From Tubiluchus corallicola (Eukaryota > Animalia > Priapulida), in assembly GCA_030141605.1 (NCBI GenBank), contig JAQGDQ010000354.1:139162-203161 (forward strand): DNA of 64,000 nucleotides, written 5' to 3'. Below, one piece after another: positions 1 through 13,100 of the stretch; positions within the stretch are counted from its first letter, which is position 1, and each line of letters starts with the position of its first letter. The translations under genes and the position numbers were made by a program. The notes under the pieces are model-generated. The model had not been told where the DNA came from, did no database searches, and saw only the letters and a program-made list of their open reading frames with translations.

Positions 1-227
1 AGCATCTACCATGCATGTTTGCATGTTTACTGTATCTTGATCAAGATTTTCTACAAGTTCATGGCATAAGCTTACAACTAAGCAAAGCACTGGTGTAAGT
101 TTGTTAAAGACTTTACGAGTGTTAACACCATTGCTGCTAGTGGCACGAGTCATAAACTGCTCGTGACTGTGGACAGTTTTATTCTAGGATCTTTGTCAAC
201 AGGAATGTTCCACTCCTAAGGCAAACT

Positions 228-871
228 TTAAAGCAAAACCAGACCCAATCTTAAACTGTAGGTCAAAACAATCTACTCTTTAAAATATTGAAAGGAAACA
301 CACTACTTTTTCTAAAATGACTTGCGTGAAAGAATTATTACCACACAAACACAATTTCACGTTCGCGCCACTAGTTCTTTGCTGTTACATGCATTTCGCC
401 ATTCATTAGTTAGACAGGCACTAGCGCTTGCATTTCGGAAATGCATTGCACAAAAAAACAGATGCTGTACCTCTCAGTTCAGATGTGTTCGTTTGTGACA
501 AACTGCACAAGTTCGATAGCTCATGCGTGAGCACAGCGGTAAATTTGAAATTTGAATTTTTATCTTAAAACTTGCCTAGTTTTAGTACAACACGCTGAAT
601 ATCTTACAGTAGCACTGTACTTCAATTTTTGCTTTCGCATGCACATGCAACACGCTCGTGGAATATTTTTGCTGTTGAAAACTGTGTTAGTTTGTGATGT
701 CATCAATAATTGGGCTCATCTGCCATAAACTATTATTTTAATCTATTTTTAATTATCAGAAATACTTTGGAAGTATTAATTGTGTTAAAAAGTATACTTT
801 TTATCTTTCCAAAATAGACTTGAAAATGGGGACTTGAAAAAGTAGAAAAAAATCTTCCTGTCTTCCTTTAA
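228..871 (+). mobile_element. Non-autonomous Kolobok/T2-like DNA element, family A (full copy)
   Basis: Termini TTAA-AG...CT-TTAA (TTAAAGCAAAAC / CTTCCTTTAA); at least six related copies in the window. Confidence 0.75.
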
Positions 872-1209
872 TAGGTCAAGATTTCTATAGTGAATAAAAT
901 AATAAAAATTTAGTTCAAAATTAAAATTATTTGCTGCTGTAGTCTATACAAAGTCACAGTTTTTGGAGTCAGTTTTGTGAAGAATTAGATCAAATTAGAA
1001 AAATAGATCATAGAAATTGGCTTTGTAAGTACATGAAGTTAATACGACGTTACTTTCTGTATAAAAACTTATGTTAGAATCTTTGAGCATTTCTATGAAT
1101 ATCCCTGGTAAATAGTAATTAATGTATGGTAGTTATATTGTTTAAATTTCTCAAATGTGTTGTTTGTTGATGCCATAACTACTGTGTAGGCCACATAAGT
1201 GAATGTTTT

Positions 1210-1640
1210 CAGGGGCGTGTCAAGACTTTACGACTCCCTAGGCTGACAGTGCTCTCCCGTCCATCTCCATTGTGAATCTATGATTGTTTTTGTAATGGGC
1301 TGATGAAGCAATTACTTGTGGTGTATTAGAAGTTTACACCATTAACCTAGTGTTTACGTGGTCAGTATTAATTACACGTATTTGCATAACACTTATATTC
1401 ATGAAGGCTGTGCAGCTGCTTGTTGTGTAATACTTTGCACCTCTTCGTTATGTGGTACTTATATAAAAGTTTCGCCCAGTAACTGCCTGTGGTGTGTTAT
1501 GAAATTCGCCTTTTACATGAATATGAAAGTATACACATTTTCCGAGGAGAGTAAGAATTTTTTCTAAAATGTGACGCCCCTCAAACTTTGGTGCCCCTAG
1601 GCTATGGCCTAGTTAGCCTGTTGGTTACTACGAATCCGGG
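1210..1640 (+). mobile_element. MITE-like dispersed repeat, family E
   Basis: About 430 bp, starts CAGGGGCGT; reverse-orientation copies at 3700-4092, 24466-24890 and 44691-45105. Confidence 0.7.
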
Positions 1641-2559
1641 TGTTTTAAACTGTTTTCATTCTGTTATTTCTTAAATCGAGAAAGGTGGCATCTGGGGATT
1701 TGCAAGCATAATTTACATTGAATATCAACTTACTGAAAAGAAAAAATACAAAGAATTACTATGTTTTTCATGAACCTGAATGTGCACTATTTTCGTGAAT
1801 GCCACCAAGCTGTACTGACCAATCAGAATACAGCATTCAGCTCACACCTACTTCAATGTAACGGATCTCTATGTTACAAGTTCACTCTGGCACGGCGCCT
1901 ATTTTTAGTGCAGAGCTTTTCGCGCACCTTGAACTGTGTGAAGCAGTGTAAGAACCTGGATAAATATAGAGTCTTGCTCTTAAACGTGTTTGCGGGTAGT
2001 AGTGGTCTGCATTGGTACGTTTTGAGATGAAGCACCCTATACACTGTAATGTTGCTTCATTGATGCCCTTGACAAAGTACTCTTTATACTTGACCCAGTT
2101 TTTTTTTCAATTCAATTTATTTATCTCTTTATATAGACATAGATGTAGACATAGACATAATATCTTTATAGTGTTACAATAAAACATGATTAATAAAAGA
2201 ATCTCTAATAAATTTTGAAAAATGGTTAAAATGTATAGATAGATCTAGAATTAGAGAAAGGATAGCGAAAAGACAATAAAGTCACCTAGTCTGCTATCCT
2301 TTACCGAATATAGATAAAATGATTTTTTAGACGCTGGTGGGCATTAATGTTATCAGTTTAATTTAGGAAACATTAGTAATTTTTAAAATTATGACATTTT
2401 CTATATAATCCAGAGAAAAGAATATACATGTAATTTAATTAGCGGTCAAAATAAGGTCGGTCTTGATTAAACTAAAAATTGCATTTAGATTTTATGTGAA
2501 ATACAGGTCAAAATTGTTATGAAATGATAAAAACACTTTGGGTTAATAATGCTAATAAT

Positions 2560-3300
2560 AACCCAGTCGAAGCTGTCCAAATGAGAGCTTTCAATATGTT
2601 ACTGGAACTAATGAACTTGTCGTATGAAAGTCAGTTAAAACAAATAGGTTTAACTACATTAGCTTTTAGACGTTTACGTGGCCAGCTAATTGATGTATAC
2701 AAATATGTATCTGAAGTTTACAGCTGTGATGATTGTCCTGTTAAATTAGAAGTACTTCGCACAGCAAGATCAGGTCCTATTCTTCATAAATCAAGAACTA
2801 CACACAAAACTGGTAAATACGACTATTTTTCTTATACGATGCCAGAAATCTGGAATAGATTGCCCCGTGATGTGAGAACATCTGTAAATTCATTTAAATC
2901 AAAATTAGATAGACGCTATGAACATCATCCATTGAAATTTAATCACCGTGCTAATTGGAACATGCCTATGACAAGGATGCTGGATTATATATTATAGTGA
3001 GAAAACCTGTCAGTGGAGTCACCTAGGTGTTGATGACAATCTATTGTATGTGCAATTTGTCGCAATTACAGTTGAAGAACTATTTGTCTCAAAAGCTATA
3101 TTATAACTACTGGAAATTTACTACTACTATAAACTGCTACTACTTAGAGTATAACAGGAGAGACAGTATTATCTTTACTAGCATATATTACCACAATTTT
3201 GTGTTATTGTTGTATAAATTATAGCACATTATCTTGTATATTACGTGTATAATTTACCTATTGTACATTGTATTATTATATTCTATACTATTCTGCGAGA
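2560..3300 (+). mobile_element. CR1-type LINE 3' fragment (ORF2 C-terminus and UTR)
   Basis: ORF 2524-2997 reads EAVQMRA..LSYESQLKQIGLTTLAFRRLRGQLIDVYK..IWNRLP..SVNSFKSKLD, the typical CR1 reverse transcriptase C-terminus. The 3' boundary is approximate. Confidence 0.8.
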
Positions 3301-3699
3301 AATGCTTGGTTTCCGTCACTCGCTCGAGGGCCCCTCTGGGGGATCTTAGAGATCCATAGTTAACTCTTCATTTCTGACTTCGGTTCATGACGGGCTGGCA
3401 ACCCTAGTGACATGTGATCTTAGGATTCGCATCAGTCATTGTACTTTTTATATATAAAAAGAGTAATATGTATTGCATTTTGCATGTGATCATGGGTAAG
3501 TTTTGCTTTGAAAATTTTCAGCAGCTAAAATTCACTCACATGCTGTTCGATTTTAGTCACAAATTTAAGAAATAAGCGATGTGTTCATCACTTTTGATAA
3601 ATTTGGATTATTTGGATTTTTTTGTACATTTTTTGATAACTCACATTCATTCACCATTGTTTTGTTTACATTTTACTTTCATTACTTTGTAGTTAGAAG

Positions 3700-4092
3700 C
3701 GTATTTATCAATAGGTTAACTAAGCCATAGCCTAGGGGCACCAACAATTGAGGGGCTTCACGTTATAGAAGAAAATCTTATTCTCCTCGGAAAATGTGTA
3801 TACTTTCATATTCATGTAAAGTGCGTATTTTGTAACACGCCACAGGCAGTTATTGAGCTCATTTTCTATATAAGTGCCACATAACGAACAGGTACAAGGT
3901 ATTACACAACAAGCAGCTGCGCACCTGCTTGCAAATACACGTAATTAAAAACTAGGTTAATAGTGTAAACTTCTAATACACCACAAGTAATTGTCTAATC
4001 CCGTCATTACATAAGCAACCATAAATTCACAATAGAGGTGGGCGGGACAGCAGTATCAGCCTAGGGTGTCGTAAAGTGTACATGCAACCCTG
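3700..4092 (-). mobile_element. Family E MITE copy
   Basis: Reverse complement of 1210-1640. Confidence 0.7.
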
Positions 4093-4153
4093 ATTGTAAT
4101 AATATTTTTGCAAACAGGTGAAAAAATAAACAAATTCTTTCTTCTTGCTTCAG

Positions 4154-7100
4154 GAGGTCTTACTGGTGGCATAGAAATCTGCATCACATTTCCTACAGAA
4201 TATGTAAAAACACAGCTGCAGCTAGACGAGAAATCAGCAAAGCCACGTTATACGGGTATTTTTGACTGCGTAAAGAAAACGGTCGGTCGTCATGGTGTTA
4301 AGGGACTATACAAAGGCCTGAGTGTCCTTATCTATGGCTCGGTGCCCAAATCAGCTGTTAGGTTTGTACATCTATGACTTGTCATGGTCATTGACAGTGT
4401 TTAGAGTAGACTCCATGATATTAAAGCAAAGCCAGACCCAGTCATAAACTGTATGTCAAAGCAACTTACTCTTCAAAATATTGAAAAGAAATGCATTCCC
4501 ACCCTGCATTCTGTAAACATACTGAAAAGTATAACGATAATAATAGGTTAAGTTAATTTGTATAATAGATTGCTATAATAGTATGGATAATGGATATACT
4601 ATACTTACTATAAATATACTATAATGTATCAGACAGTGCTTTTCTAAGGCTTGCCATGGTCATAAGCATAGAGGAAGTCAAAATGTTCATTAGAGCAAAA
4701 CTGTACCCAATCCTAAACTGTAGGTCAAAACAATCTGTTCTTTAAAATATTGAAAGGAAACATACTATTTTTTTCAAAAATGACTTACGTGAAAGAATTA
4801 TCCAGACAAACACAAATTCACATTCGCGTCGCTAGTTTGCTATCTTACAGTGGCACTGTACTTCAATTTTCACTTTTGCTAACACGTGCAACACGCTTGT
4901 GGAACATTTTTGCTGTTTAAAATTATGTTACTTTGTGATGTCACCAATAGTTGGGCTGGCTCGCCGTTTATTAAATTTTTAATCTATTATTTAATTATCA
5001 GAAACACATTTGCAGTATTAATCATGTTAAAATGTATATTTTATTAGACTTGAAAATGGGTTAGGGTACAAAAAATCATCCTCTCTTCCTTCAAGCTTAC
5101 TGTATTATTGAAAGAACCAACCTTCGTTAAAAATTTTAAAACATAAATATCAAAAACGCGACAAGCGATTTGACTGCAAAATCTAGCAGTCATCTTCAGT
5201 GTGACAGAGTTTACAGACAACAACGTGGATTAAACGCCTCCTCTGCTCATCAAATGATGTGGCTTTAATCGTAATCAGAAAGCCTTATTTGTCTTGTATG
5301 CATCACTTGCAAAATAGCATTATTTTAAATGTGAATGTCACCATTGTGATGCCTCTTCTAAGAGAAAGTGTGATTTAATAAAGATGTAAGTTAAATTTTT
5401 ATTTAATACAAACAGCAATTGTTCTATTTGTTATATTCAATTTCAGTGGCGGCCCGTGTATAGGTATTGTGGAACTGCAGCGCTCCTATTTTCAGAAAGA
5501 TAATATCTTTATACTTGTACAGAACTAGAGCACGTGGGGGTAATAATGTTTGCTTCACAGTCCACCACTGTACCCCCAGCAACGTGGTGTTTGGCTGTTG
5601 TGCACATGCGGCCATGTGCACACGTCTGAGCCCAGGTAGAGAAAGTACTGTCGCTCACACAGTTTCTTGGCAGTTGTCACGTACTTAAACCGCTTGAACT
5701 GCGACAATTTAGGTTATTAGTAAGCAAATAATATTTTTTTAGGATTTTATCAAGTTTATATATAAACTTTCATATGTTTGTTTGTTTAAAATTACAATTA
5801 CAAATTGCAACAGTAAAATTACACGTTTGCTTCATTTTACACAGTATTAAAACAATGACTAAACATTTTCTGAAGCAGCACCTCCACTAATTTTAGCTAC
5901 GAGCCGCCACTGCATGGACCATGACTTATTTTACATAAAAGATTTTTCCTGTCATTTCAGGTTCGGCACGTTCGAGAAACTTAAATCTGCTGCTGTAGAT
6001 GAAAAGGGCAACTTACAGCCTATAATGAGATTATTATGTGGCTTAGGAGCCGGTATATCGGAAGCCATCTTTGCCGTTACACCTATGGAGACTGTAAAGG
6101 CAGGTCAACCATATCATTTATTCATTTTTAGTGGGTTACATATATATCTACGTTGGTGATTGGTGATGAATAGATTAATTGAACTGATCTCAATTACAAC
6201 CATGGATAGATCAATATAATAGAATAGCAATTCAGTTAATCGAGATTCATCAAGAGCAAAATATACGAGTTACACGCTGATAAAAAGACGGTATTTTGGC
6301 ACAATCTTTGCATTTTTCTCTTCATTTTTCTCACCTTACACGATGCGCGCAATTGCAAACCTCAGTGTTGCAAACTGGATGCTTCAAATTTATTAGCGCT
6401 TGCCTGTCGTGTCGTGATGTAGTCATAGAGCAGTTAACAAAAAAGTGACGCGTGTATTTTGCAATTTGATTCAGTTCCCTATTTGAAAATTTATTTAAAT
6501 TTCTGTTTGGCTAGCTTACTTTTCACTTCATTTAATTTGTTTTTTATTATTTTTTATTTCATATTATTGTATTATTTTGCATGTTTTTCTCATTTTGAGT
6601 TATACATGGACGATATGACAGCTTGAATTTTCATCATTTTTATATTCATTTGTACCACAGTATTTGGCTTTTACTTACCATTGCTTTTTCTTCATCATTT
6701 TCCGGTATGTTTACATATTTTTTATTGCATTTTCATCCTTCAGTTATTTAAAGTTGATTAGTGAATTTTAAACAGATCAAGTTGCTAAGTAAAATAGTAA
6801 TAATGTAATTTCACTACTATTCATGAGTGAAATAGCTACAGTGTCATCCCAATAATTACATACATACATTGAAGGATGGCTTGACTAGTTGACCGTCTAG
6901 GTTGTTGTTTGCAAATATAGTTTATTGAGTACAAAAATAGCAGACAGCGACAAAAGCCCTGAAGAACTTTATAGGTTATATTTCACTGCAACCGTAGATA
7001 GATTTGGCTAAAATACTAAAAATTGTCACAAAAGATTAATCACGGTTATCGAATTACAAGAACGAGATATAATCGAACTACAAAATTTCATAATTACCCT

Positions 7101-10100
7101 TCATTAGTCTATGTCCACTTCTTTCTACTTACTTTACTTTATTTAGCTTTGTGTATTTCTGCTGTTGCATTTAATGCAATCTTTTTCGTTGTGTGTAAAA
7201 AGTCGCTAATTTTACCATTTACATACGTTTGTCAGCAATAAATGTAGATCTTAACAGAGAAAAATGTAATGTGTTTTATAGTCTCAAAGATCATAATATT
7301 TATTCAGAAGTTTTTGCCGTAATGGTCCTCATCGGGTGCTGAATAGAAAGTGCCGGTAACTGCAATACTAGATAGGTTATTGGGCTACCAACAGTGCTAA
7401 TGTTTTTCACTAGTTTCTTATTATTATTAATTAATATTCCTTTTTCAACTGACTTAGTTGAGTGCATCTGCCTTTTCTGCACATACTGTGCGGTTTAGTC
7501 TAGTGGTAACGGGTCCGCTTTCAGCCTTGGAAGATCGTGAGTTCGGTACAGCGGCCATGTCGTACCAAAGTCTTTCAAAATGGCACCTGCTGTTGCCCTG
7601 CGTGGCACGTGGTATTTAGGGTAAAAGTAGGATAACAATAGTCTCTGTTATGTAGTTGTAGATTGTTATTTACAGTCGGTCCAAAAACTCTTTGAGCTAA
7701 TGTTAATTGTTCAGCCAAAAATCCAACTTTAAATAAAGAATGTTGTCGTTGTTGCTGTTACGTGGCTGTTTGTTTCATGCTCTGAAATTTATTTCCTTTA
7801 CAGGTTAAATTTATCCACGACCAGAATAGTCCGTCTCCAAAATATAGAGGTTTCTTCCATGGTGTTAGGGAAATTGTGCGAACTCAAGGTAAAACCATGA
7901 AAAGTATTGTTTTTAGAAGTTGCATCAAATTCAAAAAGTATGATTTTCCCTATATGAAGTGGCAGTATTGTAACGATCAGGGCTGTGGAGTCGGTTCATT
8001 AAGCTCCTGAATCCAGCTCCGACTCCTAGAATTTTAGATCCAACTCCGACTCATAAAATTTTAGATCCAACTCTGACTCCTAAACTTTTAGATCCAACTC
8101 TGACTCCTAAACTTTTAGATCCAACTCTGACTCCGACTCCTGCCTTTAACTAATAGTTTGTAGTACTTTCAATATTTAGCGGCAGTGGCATTTCATTACT
8201 ACTGCTTATGCTCGAAAAACAGTCCAGCTGCATGGACACCAATATGAAAGCTTCCCAAAATGGGACGTTATGCATAAATGCATTAAAAGTAACTGGAGTT
8301 TGAAATTGTCAATTTTTTAGCGACTCGAACACGGACTCCTCTAACAGTAAGTGTACTCCCGAGTCCTGACTCCGTTTCCAAAACCCTAAGTTTTAACAAC
8401 TCCGAGACAGACTCTTTTAGCAATAAATTTACTGCCGACTCCGACTGTACGACTCCGATACCGACTCCACAGCCCTGGTAGTGAATGTGTAAAGTGGCTA
8501 TAGCAACTATAATGTAAGTATATTTTAGGTATACGGGGTACATATCAGGGTGTAGTGCCAACAATGATGAAACAAGGAAGCAATCAGGCCATGCGGTTCT
8601 TTGTAATGGAAACACTAAAAGACTGGTACCGGGGCGGTGACCCTAAAAAACCAGTACCGAAAGCGGCAGTTGGCTTGTTTGGTGCCGTAGCTGGAGCCGT
8701 TTCTGTATTTGGCAATAACCCATTAGATGTTGTGAAAACTCGATTGCAGGTATGTAGTTACGCCTTGCAAACACATTTTTTAAGTTGAAAATAAAATACT
8801 TAAAATATTTGCTTACATAAAATCTCAAAACTGGTTCTTTGTGCCATAGTATGTCTGTTAATGCAAGACGGTTATAAACAATGGTATGTCTGTTAATGCA
8901 AGGCGGTTATAAACAATGGTATGTCTGTTAATGCAAGACGGTTATAAACAATGGTATGTCTGTTAATGCAAGACGGTTGTAAACAATGGTATGTCTGTTA
9001 ATGCAAGACGGTTATAAACAATGGTATATCTGTTAATGCAAGGTGGTTATAAACAATGGTATGTCTGTTAATACAAGACGGTTATAAACAATGGTATGTC
9101 TGTTAATGCAAGACGGTTATAAACAATAGTATGTCTGTTACAATGGTATGTCGGTTAAGTCAAGACGGTTATAAACAATGGTATGTCTGTTAATGCAAGA
9201 TGGTTATAAACAATATATAATTTTGTATTTGTTTATACAATATGCACACAGCACTGCATCATATTAGCAATTCTGTACGGAAGGATAATCCAAATCTAAT
9301 TTGTGACTTTAAAACTCGAATGAAATCGAATTTCACATTTACAAATTCCAATACAGTTTAAAGATTTTTGAATCCGTCATAAAATGCGGTCAAATTCGAA
9401 TCGAATTGAACTTGCGACTTTCAAACTCGAATCGAACCGAATTTAGAATCAAAATGAAATTCCAGTTCACTTTTAAAAATTTATGAATCGTTAATTAAAA
9501 GCGGTTTCACAAAGATCATTCATATCACTCGATTTTATTTTGCACTAAAAGCGCTAATAATTTGTTCAAAATTATGCACAGAAATTGCAGCCAAATTGTG
9601 CTGATTGCATGATGTTTCAAACATTTTTCAGATAAAGAACTTATGCAGTTCAAGTGCGTAATTATTCAGATCTATAATTTCAGGTTCAAACTAAAAAACT
9701 CGTTAGGAGTTCAAATGTTCAAAATCCAACGTCCGATGTTCACCCCTAATGAGCACTTCTTCAAATTTTGCTCTGATTAACATTTGATTAATTTCTAGAT
9801 ATTTACATTGTCTATGACCTTTTAGAAAAGTTTAGAAAACAACCGATTTTTGCATCACAATTCAAGATCATGAAAATTTGTAAATTTGACAATAATATGT
9901 CTGTTATGCTAATTGTAAACTAAGGTAAACGAATTAAAAATACCATGACTAAGCAGACAAAGCTGGACATCACTTGTAATTACGTTTCTTGAACCCAGTT
10001 TACTTCTATATCCTATGAACCTTACTGCTGTTTTTGTTAGGAACTTTTCTTGGGCAAATTTGGGTAAATTATGCAGCTCTGTCATTTGAAAATTGTTTTT

Positions 10101-13100
10101 TAATTGCACAAAACAGCGTGGAGAACATATTATGTCCACATTGCCTAATCATAGCTAGATTCTTCATTTAATGTCATGAAATCGGGGAGAGTACAGGGAT
10201 GAGAATTTTCTGCTGATACGCGGAATTCCGAGTTTTTGGAAGACCAGTAGTGCCATTTTTGTAAATCGCGTAAATTCGTTGAGAAAATTTGTCGGAGTTG
10301 AACCTCGTTTTCGTCGAAATCTTAACCGAAACTTTCAGTAGCATTTTTTTGAGGTAATCCAGCTTACCATATCTCCTAGATGTTAAAAATCACTGAAAAA
10401 TTTTGGCTAAATTTGTTCAAATAAAGCGTAAATATCGTGTATTTGATAATCTGTACGATTTGTAGCATGCCTTTTACGGCAATGCAGCATATCTTCATTG
10501 CTGACAAATTTGAAGCTTTGAGGCCTCCAGACACAAAACAACCGAAATACCAAAGCGCTAATTTGAATATAACCAAGTTTAATTTTTATAATTTATGAAA
10601 TATAGGCAACAAAAGACATACAAAATAAAATTTGTTAATTTTTTGAAGCTTCATGATCATATGTTTCATGTATCCTTGATAATTGGGTATTTTAAATTAT
10701 GCATGAAACAAGGTAATTGATATTTTAAGTCCACTGCGAGGCTCTCTACGGTCACAGAATTGCAATTGGGTGGCCCCCAAACCCCCGGCCTGTTTCAGAG
10801 TTTTTTGCAATTTGTCATTCTCATCCCTGGGAGAGTTTTCCAGTGTTACTGGAAGCTAAACTGCATTTGGGTTTCTGCTGCAAGCAAAACTTACCGAAAA
10901 TTTGCTATGGACTGTTTTTGTGATTTTGTTGCAAAAAAACTGATGAACCAGGCTGGAATTGTTGTAATCTTTATTTTATGTCAACAGGGTTTAGAAGCGC
11001 ACAAATACAATGGTACTCTTGACTGCATAATGAAAATCACGAGAAATGAGGGACTAGCAGCGTAAGTTGTAATAAATCACAAAAAATAAGCAACATTATA
11101 AGATTTAGCGTACTGTTGCGTTTTGTTTCTCTCAGAAGGCTCGTAGAGAAAACCAGAAAACACATCATCAAATTAAACTAGTTTATTAAGCGAGAATTCT
11201 ACAACACAAAAGTATGAAGGAACGCGAAATGATTACACTAAATGTGAAAATCTGGAAAACGTTTAAGTGTATCTGAAAATACAAGTATACAAGAGAATGT
11301 GTAAGTGGTGTCCGTGCGAATCTGCGTGTGCTCCCGTCTCAGCGGCCTGCTTCGCCTTATATAGGGTGCCCGAGAAGCTTCTAGAAGTTTTGTTCCAGAA
11401 CATTCTACACGGTAAGACGATTATTCTAACGGAACATTCTACAATGTTCTATTTAATTCTAACAGATGCCAGCGATCTCCACAAGACGTAGAGTGTTATA
11501 CAGTAAACTCCACATAACTCAAATCCAACCAGACCGTAAAAACTTTGAGTTAGGCGATATTTGCCATCTTCCAGCACAAAAACTTAAACATCTCCTCCAG
11601 ATGGCGAGCTAAACAGAAGGCAGAAAGTCTATCCTTCTAAATACAAACGACGAGATTTGATGAGAATTACATAAAGAATGACAAGTTATGTAGTGAAACA
11701 CGATTTTTTTATGTTACAAAAGGCTTGTAAGACATCAGAATTTTCCCGGAGACAATACTGTTTTTTGAGTTGTACGAAAATTTTTATTTTTCTAGAGTAT
11801 GAATTGCATTTTTGAGTTAGGCGAAGTAAATTACCGTATATACTCGCATATAAGCCGAATTTAGAACTATAAAATACAATACTGAAATCAGGGGGTCGAC
11901 TTATATGCGCATGAAACAAAATGAACACAAGGACAGACACTAATGCCAATTTTCCAGCCACACATTTTCATCGCTATCTGACTCTTTATTTGGTTGTGTG
12001 TCACCAGTGGTGTATTGGAGGGGAATCGCCGGCCACCCACTTTTTTTTAGAAAAAATTCACATTTCAATAAATGTCTGCTTTTTGTATTCATTAGATAAA
12101 AAATATTAAAAATGTATAAATATATGTGACAAAAAGGGATCAATTTTGTTGATTGGGTATGGAGTAAAATTAGACAAGTTGATGGTCGGCTTATATGCGA
12201 GTATATACGGTACATGTATTTTGATTAAATGAACCATAATTTTTTATTTGAGTTAGACGGAATTATAAGTTAAGTTTGTGTAGAAAAACAAACGATTTCA
12301 CACGTTCCGCTGAAATTCCTTGAAATAGGCGAAAATTTGAGTTACGCGGAGTTTACTGTACGACTAAATCACTGTTCCTCACTCTATGTTATTTCTAAGC
12401 TGAGATAATCCACGTTGAAAATGACGTGCAGGCTATGCACTGAAAAACATAATTTTGAGAAAATCTCTGTTAAATGTTGGTTGCTACAGACTTTGCAAGA
12501 ATGCATTGACCAATACATTTAGCATTTGTTTTTATAAAAAAACAGGAAACTGACATTTGATCAAATTTTTAGTGCATTCTACTTTGAAGCTTTCTAGTTT
12601 TAATTACGCTGACTTATGAGCAATTTTGGTTTGCAAGCACAAAGTTATGGTAAGGCGAAAACAGTCACTCAGTGTGCAAACAAAAACCATTCAATTTTTC
12701 TGGAGTAGAATGTAATTATATCATACCTAGCCACGTAAATCACAGGGATGAGAATTTTCCGCGGATAAGCAGAATTCCGAGTTTTTGGAAGACCAGTAGT
12801 GGCATTTTTGTAAATCGCGTAAATTCGTTGAGAAAATTTTTACGGACCCAGTACATTATTTCACAAGCTGACCGCTGGTTGGCAGGCCGTCACTTTGTTT
12901 ACATCACGTACATCAGTATAACCACATGTATAAGAACGTAGAATCAATTGTACGGAGTTATTTGAGTCAATTGCCGACAGTTTTATATACTATTGCATAG
13001 GAGCGGCCAGTACTTAGGCGTTTTTGAGAAAATTAGGTATCATGTATCCTTGATAGTTGGGTATTTTAAATTATGTATGAAACAAGGTAATTGATATTTT

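Noticed and set aside
2524-2997. 157-aa ORF as a host gene
   Set aside because: It is the C-terminus of a truncated CR1 LINE ORF2.
1-4153. SLC25A1 start exon
   Set aside because: No ATG-containing exon ending in a phase-1 donor with the expected sequence was found; it probably lies upstream of the window.
7487-7570. tRNA gene (also 19740-19805, minus strand)
   Set aside because: No complete acceptor stem, and it continues into a SINE core.
8849-9213. 35-bp repeat, and the 52- and 80-bp arrays, as possible CRISPR arrays
   Set aside because: Head-to-tail units with no unique spacers, no cas genes, and a eukaryotic intron context.
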